Of a stretch of DNA of 64,000 bases, positions 47,389 through 57,913 are shown in pieces. The notes below the pieces were generated by a model, which saw nothing but the letters and a program-made list of their open reading frames with translations, searched no databases and had not been told where the DNA came from. The position numbers and the translations under genes are program-made. How positions within the stretch are numbered: the stretch's first letter is position 1; each line of letters opens with the position of its first letter. The stretch lies in sequence record NC_027402.1, one strand, 5' to 3'.

Positions 47389-47778
47389 ATGAAAATCGCA
47401 GAGGGGTTAGTAGATGCGTGCAGAGATCCATTTACGCTATGGGTTCTTTGTGGCTTGCGCCGAGACGATCGTTTCGGTGAGTTTGTTCGAAATCCAGATG
47501 CTTTACTAAGCTTCGTAGAAAGCGAGGAGAAGCGTTTAGAGGAGATTAAGGAGGAAAGTAGTACCCTTACACCAGATATGGTGGTTTATAGCCGTATGAC
47601 GTCACACAGGTGGCGTACGACCCATCGGCTGAAGGGAACCTCAATGAAGGAATTGATTGAAGGGTTATCAAAGGCGCTTTCGTCTGATAACATTATCTGG
47701 CCGGTGATGTATACCAACGAAGACCATTCTGATAACGCGAAGGTTACACTGACACGTTGTTACCACACATTCTCTTAG
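47389..47778 (+). CDS. hypothetical protein (129 aa)
   Basis: RBS AGGAAGG. Confidence 0.65.
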   Translation: MKIAEGLVDACRDPFTLWVLCGLRRDDRFGEFVRNPDALLSFVESEEKRLEEIKEESSTLTPDMVVYSRMTSHRWRTTHRLKGTSMKELIEGLSKALSSDNIIWPVMYTNEDHSDNAKVTLTRCYHTFS

Positions 47779-47812
47779 TAGTTAATCGACCATTATCGTA
47801 AGGAATATTTAC

Positions 47813-48484
47813 ATGCAGGGCACTGAACTCAACAAACTTTGGGAAAAACTGGTTCGTCAATTCCGCGACTTCTATCGTTATACCGATAGTGCGCATCGCA
47901 TGGATCACATCAACTCAGTTAAATCAAATGCGATTCGTATCGCGTATATGCTTGGGCAAACCGAACACCTGAAGCTGATACTGATTGCGGTGGCAGCTCA
48001 CGATATCTTCTCTACCAAAGAAGACCGTGCGTCGCACCACATCAAAGGGTATAGCTGGATACTGGATAACAAGCCAGTGCTCAAACGTAAGTATAAACTT
48101 ACCGATGATGAATGTTTGACGATTGCCCATGCAGTCTTAGAACACCGCAGTTCTCACAAAGGGAACTACAACGGGATTGTCTCTGAGATAGTTGCCGCAG
48201 CTGACCGCGGTATACCGTCTGTAGATGACGTGAGCAATTACATGCACCGTTCTTATCTGTTTGCCCGTGAACAGGGTAAAAGCAAAGGTGATGCAAAATT
48301 CCATGCCGTTGGTCATGTCCAACAGAAGTTCGGACGCAACGGCGTTAGTAATGTCCCTAGTTGGTACGGTACGCTCTTCGCAGAGCGCATTCTGGAACGC
48401 AGGGATTTCGTGGAGCAGCTAGATATTAGCTATTTCACAGATACCATTATCGACGACCTCGAAGCTCGTCTTTCACACGATTAA
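47813..48484 (+). CDS. HD-domain metal-dependent phosphohydrolase
   Basis: AHRMDH, AAHDI, HHIKG, LEHR and AAADR motifs in HD-domain order. Confidence 0.82.
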   Translation: MQGTELNKLWEKLVRQFRDFYRYTDSAHRMDHINSVKSNAIRIAYMLGQTEHLKLILIAVAAHDIFSTKEDRASHHIKGYSWILDNKPVLKRKYKLTDDECLTIAHAVLEHRSSHKGNYNGIVSEIVAAADRGIPSVDDVSNYMHRSYLFAREQGKSKGDAKFHAVGHVQQKFGRNGVSNVPSWYGTLFAERILERRDFVEQLDISYFTDTIIDDLEARLSHD

Positions 48485-48510
48485 TCACACTGACCTTAAG
48501 GAATATTAAG

Positions 48511-48999
48511 ATGGCTGAAGTAACTTCAATGAAAGCACTGCACAAACTGATCGCTGAACTGGACACGCCGGCAGCAACCCTGTCCGAAGACCTGGCGCTG
48601 AACGCTGACCCGCTGGTTAAGATTTACGAAGACACATTGCCGGTAACGAAAGTGGGCGATGTGGACTATCGCTTCACACTGGAAGACGCGGACGCTCTGC
48701 GACAGCACGACGCAAACTTCACTGAACTGTTCGGTGGCGTTGCCGGTGGTCTGATTGCTGACCGTGCAAAAGCGGATAGCGATATCGGTGCACTGGACTT
48801 AACGCTTGATATCGGTAACGCCGCATTCTCTACCGTGTTCTCTCGCCCGGTTACTGAAAACCCAACTCAGAAAGAATGGGCAGCGTCCATCTCTTACGGT
48901 TTCGGTTCTCCGAAGTCTAAAGCGTTGGAAGGCAAACTGCGTAAAGAGTTTGCCAAGTCCATGATGGCAACCGATGAAGAAGACGAAGACGACGAATAA
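48511..48999 (+). CDS. conserved protein with acidic C-tail, possibly divergent HU/IHF-like
   Basis: RBS AAGGA; helix-helix-strands with SRPVTENPTQKE; ends DEEDEDDE. Confidence 0.4.
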   Translation: MAEVTSMKALHKLIAELDTPAATLSEDLALNADPLVKIYEDTLPVTKVGDVDYRFTLEDADALRQHDANFTELFGGVAGGLIADRAKADSDIGALDLTLDIGNAAFSTVFSRPVTENPTQKEWAASISYGFGSPKSKALEGKLRKEFAKSMMATDEEDEDDE

Positions 49000-49202
49000 T
49001 GATTCCGTCCAGCCCAAAGGAACTCGCTGAGCTACTCGGGGCTAAAGTGGAATGCCATCCTAATGTGAATCCTGCTACTGGGTTACGTTGGGATGGCACC
49101 ATTGCGTCACACGAGGAAATCGGTCTCACCGTCACCTTCCCTAAACCCATGCCGAAGCCGCTGCAGTTAGAAGGGCTTGCTTCGCTATACGGTCGGAAGT
49201 AG
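48999..49202 (+). CDS. small hypothetical protein (67 aa)
   Basis: TAATG overlap with the previous gene; followed by a terminator. Confidence 0.55.
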   Translation: MIPSSPKELAELLGAKVECHPNVNPATGLRWDGTIASHEEIGLTVTFPKPMPKPLQLEGLASLYGRK

Positions 49203-49209
49203 TAAACAA

Positions 49210-49241
49210 TGGGGTGGTCTTATGACTGCCCTATTTTTTTT
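49210..49241 (+). terminator. intrinsic terminator
   Basis: GGGTGGTC-TTAT-GACTGCCC (with G-U pairs) followed by a T-run. Confidence 0.65.
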
Positions 49242-49256
49242 GATTTTGGAGCTACA

Positions 49257-49799
49257 ATGAAGCAACTTAATACTCTCGGTCAGGATGATATCAAACCGAT
49301 TCCATCTGATATGAAACGTGAAGACATTATTCGCCACATCAATCAGATCGGTGACGTGTTTACGTTGTCCATGAAAGCTATACTGGAAGATGCTTTCGAA
49401 ACCATTGCCGAATATCCGGTTGAGATTATTCCGCACACCATCAACGGCTACCAGCGTTTTCTCGACACGATCACCAAAGGTAGTAGCGGTCGTATTATCG
49501 CGGGTTTTATCATTCGCTTTAAATGTCTGTTGCAAGTAGAGCTGGGTGACGATGTACTCCGTCGGCTGGAACACGAACTCATTAGCATGTCCGCCAACGA
49601 CATTCTCGCGGCAGAATCAGGACAAGGTTATAAAGACGGGATGTCTCTCTGGAAGATTGCCCACCCCGACTTGGGCGATGTTCAACCGCCGTCTGAATTC
49701 GATGTGCTCGTAACCTATCTATTATTGCTGCAAATCAAGAACTTGCTGATTCGTGCCAATGCGCAGCGTGAGATCGATGCTGGCCAACCGAAAAAATAA
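49257..49799 (+). CDS. hypothetical protein (180 aa)
   Basis: ATG 49257 after GGAG; the track start at 49209 falls inside the terminator. Confidence 0.65.
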   Translation: MKQLNTLGQDDIKPIPSDMKREDIIRHINQIGDVFTLSMKAILEDAFETIAEYPVEIIPHTINGYQRFLDTITKGSSGRIIAGFIIRFKCLLQVELGDDVLRRLEHELISMSANDILAAESGQGYKDGMSLWKIAHPDLGDVQPPSEFDVLVTYLLLLQIKNLLIRANAQREIDAGQPKK

Positions 49800-49844
49800 A
49801 ACGTACCTCTCTCCAAATGGAGAGAGGTAACGCTTGTTTTTTTT
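49791..49844. terminator. bidirectional intrinsic terminator
   Basis: TACCTCTCTCC-AAAT-GGAGAGAGGTA with A-run and T-run flanks. Confidence 0.85.
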
Positions 49845-49847
49845 GTC

Positions 49848-50723
49848 TTAGCGCATCTGGTTGGCCATCTGCTCGTCGGAGACAGAGTTGTAACCACCTG
49901 GGGTTGCGTTGACGTCCGGGTTGATACCGTCGGTCTGCTGAGACGGAGTAAGCCACAGTTTGCGTTCGTAAGGACGCAGACCGTACAGCTTCATACGATC
50001 CAGCTCTTTCGCAGCGGCCTGCATCGGACCCCAACCTGTCCATTGCTGGGAGGTAAAGGCGATTGACAGTTCGTTAATCTGCGGACCGGTGTTGGTTTCA
50101 CGCTCACCGATATCCTGGCCAGCGGTTTCCGGAATCATGTTCGTTAACCACCACGCATTCTGCGGTTTACGCTGATATGCATCCGGTTCGATGAACAGCA
50201 CGGTCATGCTGTACATATCCGGCAGGTGGTCAGGAACGTTCGGGTTGATTGCGGCCAGGCCTGGGTGACCAGTCTGGGGATCGCAAACACCGTAAACCAG
50301 CCACGCCCACAGCATGTTCTGGTACACCTTCCCGAGTTTATCCGGGGTGGTGAAGGTAACAGAGGACAGTGCTTCCGTTACCAGACCAGCTTCATACTGG
50401 GTACGGTTGTTACGACCCTGCTGAGTTTCAACAGCCGCATGGCTCAGGGTTTTATCCAGGCCAGTAATCTCGGAGTGAACCTCGATAAAGGACTTGATAG
50501 CCTGACGCCACATCTGTGGGTTCGGCATGTAATCCACCCAACGAGGGAATTCCATGACACGCGCAATGACGTTACGACGCAGACGAGAGGCGTTAGTAAC
50601 GAACTTGCCAACCTGTCCAACCGGGCCGTTTTGGCCCGAGGAGAACGCGTTGACCATATCGTACTGGCCGCCGTCGACGTGCAGACCCTGATCAGGCAAA
50701 ATGAGACGATCTTTGATTGCCAT
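49848..50723 (-). CDS. tail tube protein (phiKZ gp30-like)
   Basis: 291 aa directly downstream of the sheath gene; LFIEPD...AWWLTNM.P...G motif. Confidence 0.82.
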   Translation of the reverse strand: MAIKDRLILPDQGLHVDGGQYDMVNAFSSGQNGPVGQVGKFVTNASRLRRNVIARVMEFPRWVDYMPNPQMWRQAIKSFIEVHSEITGLDKTLSHAAVETQQGRNNRTQYEAGLVTEALSSVTFTTPDKLGKVYQNMLWAWLVYGVCDPQTGHPGLAAINPNVPDHLPDMYSMTVLFIEPDAYQRKPQNAWWLTNMIPETAGQDIGERETNTGPQINELSIAFTSQQWTGWGPMQAAAKELDRMKLYGLRPYERKLWLTPSQQTDGINPDVNATPGGYNSVSDEQMANQMR

Positions 50724-50726
50724 CTA

Positions 50727-52772
50727 TTAGCTCTCCCGACGGTAAACTTTGATAGTGGTGTTGAACTGGGTGAGCAGCACACCGCCTTCAGCGATCAGGT
50801 CCAGCGTCACAGAGTAACCATTGGATTTATCGTCTGCAGTGAAGTACGCCTTCGGAGTGACGACAGCAACGTTATCGAGACGGCCTTCCAGACGTTCGAT
50901 AATTTTGTTCTCAATCATCTTCGCACGTTCATCATCCGTCATGGCCGCTTCGCCAGACATGTCCGCCCATACACGGTCGGAAACACGATAGACGTAGGTC
51001 ATCATGAAGTTGAACAGGGCGTTGTTCAGTACAGAACGATCTTCGCTGTAGATTGACTGAATCGCCGGAATGAACAAGCGATAGTAGTCGTAGGAACGGG
51101 CAGTGATCAGCGACACATCCCAGTCAGATGCATACACTTCGTTGCCTTTCCACGGCATACTCAGGTCAGTCAGATCTTCGATAATCGTCAGTTCGCCACG
51201 GCTGAAACGATAAGCCGGTTTTGCACGACCTTCAGCAGCACCCAGGTACTTCGAGAAGAAGTTCGCCAGGGAATAGTTCATCGGAACAGGCTTCTTGTAG
51301 GAAGAGTTCTTGATGAACGCCGATTGGCCGGTGACCATACCACGTGCAGCCGGAGTGCCGTAATAGGCAGATTCCGGTACCGCTGTGATCAATTCGATCA
51401 GGGCGATTTTTGCACTTTCTTCTGCCTGCTCATCGTTACGGCCTTGGCTGTAAACGTGAGTCGCCAGCGTCAAGAAGGTGTTACGTGAACGACCGATGAA
51501 GTTCACGAGCGCAGCTTTAGTATCGAAGCTAAAGCCGGAGTCCCAGAAACAACCCAGCGAGTATTTCAGCTCGTTGTCGTAACGGACTTTACCGCCATCC
51601 GGGAACAGCAACATTTCACGGCGAACGAGTTCGTCGTAAACATCGTTGTTCATGGTACCATCGCTACCACCTTGCAGGTAGTGGATGTTGGATGAGGAGA
51701 ACACAACTTTACCGGTTTCAGTAGCCGGGTTTACCTGAAGACCATCGTAAGGCTGGCCCAGTAAATCATAGCCGCCAAAGATGTCAACCATATACGGGTC
51801 AGTAGGCGCTTCAGTCGTGATAGCGGCCTGAGCCAATCCCAGTACAGTTTCCAGGTTCTCGCGATACAGATAGAACTGCTCGAAAGGACCATAATCTGGC
51901 AGCTCGCCAATGTCAGGCATCGTCTGACGATATGCATCCGCAACAACAACTTCGAAGTCGAGTTGCGTTCTCATCGGCTGATAGTATGCATCGGGCTTAA
52001 AGCTAAAATTGATGCTACTCATGCCAGTGAGAGTTTTCCACACTACCGGAGAAGTCACACCTGCCAGGGTTTCGAACCATTGCAGGGTGTAAACACGACC
52101 ACCGACTTCATTTTGATAGGAGGAGGTCAGAGCCGGGCTGGATTTCTCGCTGAGTGGGATCAGTTTGAAACCGAAACCGTTGACGTCAGCACCCGCATAC
52201 GGGCCTGCGATATCGAACAACGGATACAGCTTCGATTTCGTGCCGCCTTCGCCAGTCATCGTCCCCTCGATAACCACACCTGCGCCGATGGCCGGGGTAG
52301 TTTCGTCGATTACGACAGAACGGAAGACGATTACCAAACCGTCAACTTGTTCTTTGATCTTGGGCTTGCCCGAGTTGTCGTACTGAACGATCCCGTTGCT
52401 GTCGCGTTCGTAGGACGGAACTTTCGTTTCGAGTACGTCGGCGAATACGCGAACACTTGCGGTTTTCGCATCTTCAGGGATCAAGCGCTGATACATACAC
52501 TCGTTTGCGTTAGCGTTGAACATCGCCTGATAGGGCGTGTTGAACGTCGCGTAGGGGCCTCGCAAGTCAAAGACATTGCGACCAAGCAGAGACAGTGCAT
52601 TATCCCCGGTTAACGGGAACGCCTCGTTGTCTACCCCGCGCGCGGCAAAGGTGAAGATCAGCGGCTTATGAATTGCGTCACCCGTAGGGGTACGCACAAG
52701 CTCGGGGACAGAGTTATCCTGCCAACCTTGCTTGTTATTCAACGGCGCGCCGTTTCGTGGAATAAAAGTCAT
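50727..52772 (-). CDS. contractile tail sheath protein (phiKZ gp29-like)
   Basis: 681 aa; YLQGGSDGTM, FWDSGF, K..L..F, PES..YGTP..R, sheath-like C-terminus. Confidence 0.88.
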   Translation of the reverse strand: MTFIPRNGAPLNNKQGWQDNSVPELVRTPTGDAIHKPLIFTFAARGVDNEAFPLTGDNALSLLGRNVFDLRGPYATFNTPYQAMFNANANECMYQRLIPEDAKTASVRVFADVLETKVPSYERDSNGIVQYDNSGKPKIKEQVDGLVIVFRSVVIDETTPAIGAGVVIEGTMTGEGGTKSKLYPLFDIAGPYAGADVNGFGFKLIPLSEKSSPALTSSYQNEVGGRVYTLQWFETLAGVTSPVVWKTLTGMSSINFSFKPDAYYQPMRTQLDFEVVVADAYRQTMPDIGELPDYGPFEQFYLYRENLETVLGLAQAAITTEAPTDPYMVDIFGGYDLLGQPYDGLQVNPATETGKVVFSSSNIHYLQGGSDGTMNNDVYDELVRREMLLFPDGGKVRYDNELKYSLGCFWDSGFSFDTKAALVNFIGRSRNTFLTLATHVYSQGRNDEQAEESAKIALIELITAVPESAYYGTPAARGMVTGQSAFIKNSSYKKPVPMNYSLANFFSKYLGAAEGRAKPAYRFSRGELTIIEDLTDLSMPWKGNEVYASDWDVSLITARSYDYYRLFIPAIQSIYSEDRSVLNNALFNFMMTYVYRVSDRVWADMSGEAAMTDDERAKMIENKIIERLEGRLDNVAVVTPKAYFTADDKSNGYSVTLDLIAEGGVLLTQFNTTIKVYRRES

Positions 52773-52829
52773 GGAACGTCTCCATATATTCGTCTTAAAG
52801 ACCTGATGGTCATACTAAGGATCATACTC

Positions 52830-53735
52830 ATGGCACTCGAAAACGCTTACAGCGGTAATCCCTTTAATGCACTTGACCTTACTCGCACCAAGGCAGACCT
52901 GGAATTAGCCCGTAAACTTAACCAAACTGTCTCGCAGTCCGATGAAGTTCATTACGTTGTTGAGACCGCTGATGTAAAACCGTTTCCTTTGCCGATTGTT
53001 ATCGGCGACGACGTTTATGTATACGCAGCCACGTTTACCACGCTGGATAAGACCAACGAGCTAAAAATACGAAACCCAGTCGAACACGCATTGCGTCTCG
53101 ACCAGGCTCGCTGGGAATTGGTGTGGAAACGGAGTAATGGTAAGCTTGCTGCACTGATGGCACAGATGCCCTACCACCATGAGATTTTCAGCAAATGGGT
53201 GTCGGATGCGATTACCCACACGTTTGCACTTGCTCCATATCAAAGTGGGCAAATCAAAGCGTTGGCTGCATTATTCTCAGTGGGGCAGTTCTATAACCAC
53301 GTCGAAGATGACGTGAAAGCGTTACGTTTGCAGCAGATGCTGGAGCAGCAATTAGGCTTACCTGCAGAACTGTTTGAATCAGTGACAGGCCACACAGAAT
53401 ATCTTTTCCCGCGCAATATCGCAGAATTCGTCGAAATGGTGCAGGCTGCAGATATCACTCCGCGGGTGCGTGACCTGAGCATTCTGTCTCTGCAGCAGAT
53501 GCTGAATACCAGCTTCTTCGGGGTGAGTTATGAAAAACAACTCGCTACCAGCGCCATCGAATATCCGCCTAGTCTCTTCGTTATGATTAAGGCTTGTCTG
53601 GATAATAACATGTTTAACCGCAGTCGGTTAGGTGGGATTGTGAAGAAGTCAGACACCGCTAAGAAACGCGATAAGTTTGAATTCACTTACAACCTTCTGT
53701 TGAATCAAAACACCAAACCACTGAACATCAAGTAA
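52830..53735 (+). CDS. virion structural protein (phiKZ gp28-like)
   Basis: ATG 52830 after TAAGG; synteny sheath-(divergent)-three virion genes-terminase. Confidence 0.6.
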   Translation: MALENAYSGNPFNALDLTRTKADLELARKLNQTVSQSDEVHYVVETADVKPFPLPIVIGDDVYVYAATFTTLDKTNELKIRNPVEHALRLDQARWELVWKRSNGKLAALMAQMPYHHEIFSKWVSDAITHTFALAPYQSGQIKALAALFSVGQFYNHVEDDVKALRLQQMLEQQLGLPAELFESVTGHTEYLFPRNIAEFVEMVQAADITPRVRDLSILSLQQMLNTSFFGVSYEKQLATSAIEYPPSLFVMIKACLDNNMFNRSRLGGIVKKSDTAKKRDKFEFTYNLLLNQNTKPLNIK

Positions 53736-53745
53736 GAGGCCCACT

Positions 53746-56259
53746 ATGGAGAACTGGCTGGTCGCTCACGCCGTTAAAAATGCGTGGCAGCGTCCGTACC
53801 TCGATGGGGTGTTGAACATTGCGCCTTTTCGATTAACTGAAAAGACCGGAGCGATCGGGTTTTTCAAGCACGGGCGTAATCCGATTCCTTTACCGGGCGA
53901 GGGGTGGTGGCACGCGTTTGTAATTGACAAGCTCCACCTCAACTACGGCAACTTGAGCATCCCTCTTGAGCGCTGGAAGAAACTTACTACGTGTGTAAAT
54001 AACTTCCATGCGTGGATGCAGGTGTACAACGAAGATGGGACAATTATCCCGTCGAACTCTGTGTATTTCTGGCGGACACTCTCTGGTCAGATTTACATGG
54101 CGATTCCGCAAACGGAACGCTACAAGTGGTTAGACGACACGCCATGTTATCTGCGCATTTATGCCGGTAATGATGGCGGTGAAAACGCTCCTGTTGTTAA
54201 ACCGACATTCATCGAACCGTATAATCCGCCGAACCCACAACAGATTCAAATCGTCTTAGACCGTTATAATCTATTGAAGAGCCAGAAAATCGGCTATGTC
54301 GATTTCTGGGTAAACGGAAAGATGATTGTCGATCCTAAACCTGGGGATATCAAAGCATGGGATGATGTTGAAATCCGTGTCGATGGACGTATTCGTCGTG
54401 TGGTTGAATACCGTTGTGGGGATTTGCAAACGTTCTACTCAACGCTTGACCAAACACGAAAATACCTGCTGCACATTCCAAAAGGGGACGGCGTTTGGAT
54501 TTTCAACAACGACTGTGAACTTCAGTTGTTGTGGAAAGGCGAGGGACGTTACTACCATCGTCACCGCCATCTGGCCGTACGACAATTGACGTGGAACGAT
54601 CTATCGATTCCTTCGATGCGGATTTCGAAGTACCGCACCGCGTTCAATACCCCGATGAACGATATCGACGAACTAACGATTCGTTTATTGATACGTGACG
54701 ATTTCCTTGACCTGAAGCCGCTGTATAATTCCACCCACACGCACGATCTCTATCGTCTTAACGACGAGCAAATCATCGGTGCGATGGTGGGGGCAAACTC
54801 CAACGTACCAGAGTGGACCGCAGCGGCGCTCGAAGAATCGGCAGCGAATCGGTTAGCGGCAGCCAAACTCCGGAACATCACACGCGATCTCTGCACTGAC
54901 GCGTACGGCTACAATGCCGCCGCACGTTACAGTGCCGACACTCCACAGCGTCTGGAACTTACATCCGGTGGTTATCGCGGTACTCTGCCCGACTTACTGG
55001 CAACGCTGTCAACTGTATACGAGTACGATGCCGATGGGTTGCTGTTAGAACATCACCGCAATGCTGGCTACGATGTTTACATCCCTCGCAATCCAGAAGC
55101 ACGAATCATCGAGGCTATTGCAGGCGAAGTCTCGGATGCGGTGAAGGTTGTTGACAACGCTCCTGACTTTGAAATTGAGCCAGGTTCAAACGTTGGGCTC
55201 TGGATTCGAATGGTCGTCGGGGAAGTTCCAACTAACGACTACTACAAAGCCGAGGAAGGAACGGATTATACCCGCGACGGAAATAAAATCACCTGGACCG
55301 TAGATCGGACACGACGCCACCCGACAGTGATTTACGACGACTTCCATCTGTTCTTCGAAGTGGATGTTAAGGTGTCGGAAGGTCAGATACGTATTCCGAT
55401 TGTAGCACGTAACCAAGACGGGCAGCAGCGCACGCTGTGGCTACCGATGGAAACGGTTGAAGTGTGGTTGAACAACCACCCACTGGTGCACGGTATCGAT
55501 TACCACACCCGCTGGCCGGAAATTGTGGTGGTTTGTAAAGCGTGGATGGCGGACGGGGATACAAATAAAATCTCAGTGCGTTGTCGTGGCGTGACCGGTG
55601 AACTCCGTATTCCTAAACACGGTTTCGTGTCAAGCGGACTGCTGTCTAATAACAGCCAGTTTGATTGCCGTGACGACAAAGTGATTCGTGTCGTGGGTGG
55701 TGGTTCACTGCTATTGCGTGACGAAGTCGTGTTCCGTGAAGACAACACTGTAGGTGTCGACATCGTACAAGACGGCTTCCCATACTCGGTCGACGATCCG
55801 ACTATTCCGTTGCGGACGCTGGTAAGCGGCGATACGTACGACTTGCGCGACACTGCCCGTGATTTGGATACACGCGTCGAGGCTTATCTGTCTAACTGGT
55901 TCCCGACACCCCCACCGGTTAACCCGGTACCGTTGCCGTATCTGTATCACCTCTATTCGCCAACCCTGAACAAGATCTTGTGGGACTACTTGCAAGGTAT
56001 TCTGATTCTGCGGGAAGACGATCCGGAGTATCGTATCTCGACGTCACAGCTGGATAACATCATGGAGCGTTATAAAGACCTCCTGCCGTTTGACCCGGCC
56101 TATATCGGTTACGATAAAGCGTTTGTGAAACTGCATCCGCATGTGAAGTACGAAACGGTAGAAATCAACGAACTTGGCTTTGCTTTCTTAGACCGCGTCA
56201 ATGAACGTTATCTGAATGGCGAAGTGCAGCTTAATCAGTATCTGATAATCAAGGGTTAA
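53746..56259 (+). CDS. virion structural / baseplate protein (phiKZ gp27-like, 837 aa)
   Basis: Long beta-rich ORF; synteny. Confidence 0.65.
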   Translation: MENWLVAHAVKNAWQRPYLDGVLNIAPFRLTEKTGAIGFFKHGRNPIPLPGEGWWHAFVIDKLHLNYGNLSIPLERWKKLTTCVNNFHAWMQVYNEDGTIIPSNSVYFWRTLSGQIYMAIPQTERYKWLDDTPCYLRIYAGNDGGENAPVVKPTFIEPYNPPNPQQIQIVLDRYNLLKSQKIGYVDFWVNGKMIVDPKPGDIKAWDDVEIRVDGRIRRVVEYRCGDLQTFYSTLDQTRKYLLHIPKGDGVWIFNNDCELQLLWKGEGRYYHRHRHLAVRQLTWNDLSIPSMRISKYRTAFNTPMNDIDELTIRLLIRDDFLDLKPLYNSTHTHDLYRLNDEQIIGAMVGANSNVPEWTAAALEESAANRLAAAKLRNITRDLCTDAYGYNAAARYSADTPQRLELTSGGYRGTLPDLLATLSTVYEYDADGLLLEHHRNAGYDVYIPRNPEARIIEAIAGEVSDAVKVVDNAPDFEIEPGSNVGLWIRMVVGEVPTNDYYKAEEGTDYTRDGNKITWTVDRTRRHPTVIYDDFHLFFEVDVKVSEGQIRIPIVARNQDGQQRTLWLPMETVEVWLNNHPLVHGIDYHTRWPEIVVVCKAWMADGDTNKISVRCRGVTGELRIPKHGFVSSGLLSNNSQFDCRDDKVIRVVGGGSLLLRDEVVFREDNTVGVDIVQDGFPYSVDDPTIPLRTLVSGDTYDLRDTARDLDTRVEAYLSNWFPTPPPVNPVPLPYLYHLYSPTLNKILWDYLQGILILREDDPEYRISTSQLDNIMERYKDLLPFDPAYIGYDKAFVKLHPHVKYETVEINELGFAFLDRVNERYLNGEVQLNQYLIIKG

Positions 56260-56261
56260 TC

Positions 56262-57905
56262 ATGGCGAAGATTGCGTCCAAATTAATCGACAAGGATCGC
56301 GGGTTCGAAGTCTGGGACCCGAGTGAATTGTACGAACCAAACAAACCAACAGGTTACGTACCTAACCCACGTGACCTTATCGTGAACGACATGACCTCCG
56401 GTTTTGACCGTGTGGTTAGCGTAAACTATTCGGTACCGTCGTGGGAAACAGAACCGTTCGGTGGCGTTGGTGTGGCAAACCAAGACGGGCGTCTTAATGG
56501 TCACTACCCACTACGCTCTGACAGATATCGCGTCTACGTGGACAGCACCAAACTTCCACCGACGATGGTTATCGATGATGCCGTCACTTTCAACGGTCCC
56601 GATATCGACGGTGTGCGTATCTTGCGTGGCTCATCTGTAAACGATGATGCGGAAATCCTGTCTGGTTATTACAAAGACGGGGTTCTGAAAAAGAACTATC
56701 TGCCGGTGCAGACTATCAGTGCGGCTGACGCAGAAACCGTGGTGAAGCAAGCGATTCCTGGGAGCTGCCTGGCCGAAGTCAGTAACGGCGAAGAGTGTAC
56801 CTTCCTGGTCTACTCCGACGTCGGTAACGTTGTTCAGATCGCACACGGTCACATCATCAAGACCAATCTGGTGATGGCGCAAGAGACTCCGTCTCGCACT
56901 GTGCTAGGTATTAAACTGGTTTCTCCGTTCCTGGTAGACGACAACGGTACTACGCTGACGCTGCCGATTAACATCCCGCTGGAATCTATTCCGCTGTGGT
57001 GTGACATCCAGTACAGCGACGGAACCAAACGCCTACCTATTGATGGCTCGCGTGTGAAGTTTAACGGTCTGCGCAACTCTGGTGCTCACGACACATTCTA
57101 CATTGCGTCAAACGCCGGTAATGAGTTACCTTGCCAGTTAAGCTATCAGCTGGCCCGTGGTGAAACCTACGGTGGCACCGATATCGTTAAAGATACGATT
57201 GTCAAAGACTATACCGCTGTGACCGAAACTGTTGATGGGGCGTACTCCATGAAGCTGTTTGTGGTTCCGCGTTGGTTGGATGCGAACCGTGGCTATCGTC
57301 TGTCGTTCCTATTGTACAACCTGACTCGCGGCCAAGTCTACGACGCGACCGCAAACATCCAGTACACCACAGGGACTACTTTCGACCCACTATTGATGGG
57401 TGTGAAACAGCGTCTGAACGTGCAGGTGGATATCAGCAAAGTGAATCCACAGTTCCGCGCATTCATCCAGGCGCAGTCTTTCGCTATCACACTGGTTAAC
57501 CCAGGTAACGAGTTGAACACCAACTTCCTTATCGAGTACCTGCCTGATGGGCTGGTCTATGGTAATGAAATTTGGGCGGAGTTCAAATACTCTAACGTCA
57601 ACTACTCCACGCTGAACCTTCGTTGTGGTTGTGCCTCTAAAGCCGAGTGGCTTAAAGCGTTGTACGAGCCGGTTTATCCACTCTACGATCGTCGTAATGA
57701 ATCTGAGGCTCCCGAGCCTACACACTTTGAGGTGCATGTCGGTGGTAAGGTTTACACCCACAGCGTCGATGAGTGGTTAAATGAGCAAACGGTAGATTAT
57801 CGTATCGCTCTGGACGATTCGTTAGTTATTCGCTGGATTCGTCGCACTCCTACGGATACGCTTAACCTCGCGGCTACGCCAATGCTGGCGCACCACATCG
57901 AGTAA
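56262..57905 (+). CDS. virion structural protein (phiKZ gp26-like, 547 aa)
   Basis: Beta-rich ORF immediately upstream of the terminase; synteny. Confidence 0.6.
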   Translation: MAKIASKLIDKDRGFEVWDPSELYEPNKPTGYVPNPRDLIVNDMTSGFDRVVSVNYSVPSWETEPFGGVGVANQDGRLNGHYPLRSDRYRVYVDSTKLPPTMVIDDAVTFNGPDIDGVRILRGSSVNDDAEILSGYYKDGVLKKNYLPVQTISAADAETVVKQAIPGSCLAEVSNGEECTFLVYSDVGNVVQIAHGHIIKTNLVMAQETPSRTVLGIKLVSPFLVDDNGTTLTLPINIPLESIPLWCDIQYSDGTKRLPIDGSRVKFNGLRNSGAHDTFYIASNAGNELPCQLSYQLARGETYGGTDIVKDTIVKDYTAVTETVDGAYSMKLFVVPRWLDANRGYRLSFLLYNLTRGQVYDATANIQYTTGTTFDPLLMGVKQRLNVQVDISKVNPQFRAFIQAQSFAITLVNPGNELNTNFLIEYLPDGLVYGNEIWAEFKYSNVNYSTLNLRCGCASKAEWLKALYEPVYPLYDRRNESEAPEPTHFEVHVGGKVYTHSVDEWLNEQTVDYRIALDDSLVIRWIRRTPTDTLNLAATPMLAHHIE

Positions 57906-57913
57906 CAAACCTT

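Noticed and set aside
50226-51056. 276-aa plus-strand ORF antisense to the tail tube and sheath genes
   Set aside because: Fully overlaps two well-supported minus-strand genes; no RBS or motif; typical shadow ORF produced by codon bias.
51963-52613. 216-aa plus-strand ORF within the sheath gene
   Set aside because: Antisense shadow; no independent support.
6826-52829. Longer track starts for several genes (6826, 8729, 20258, 21145, 23005, 45843, 46196, 49209, 52668)
   Set aside because: They overlap upstream genes or terminators and lack an SD; downstream starts with good RBS spacing were used instead.
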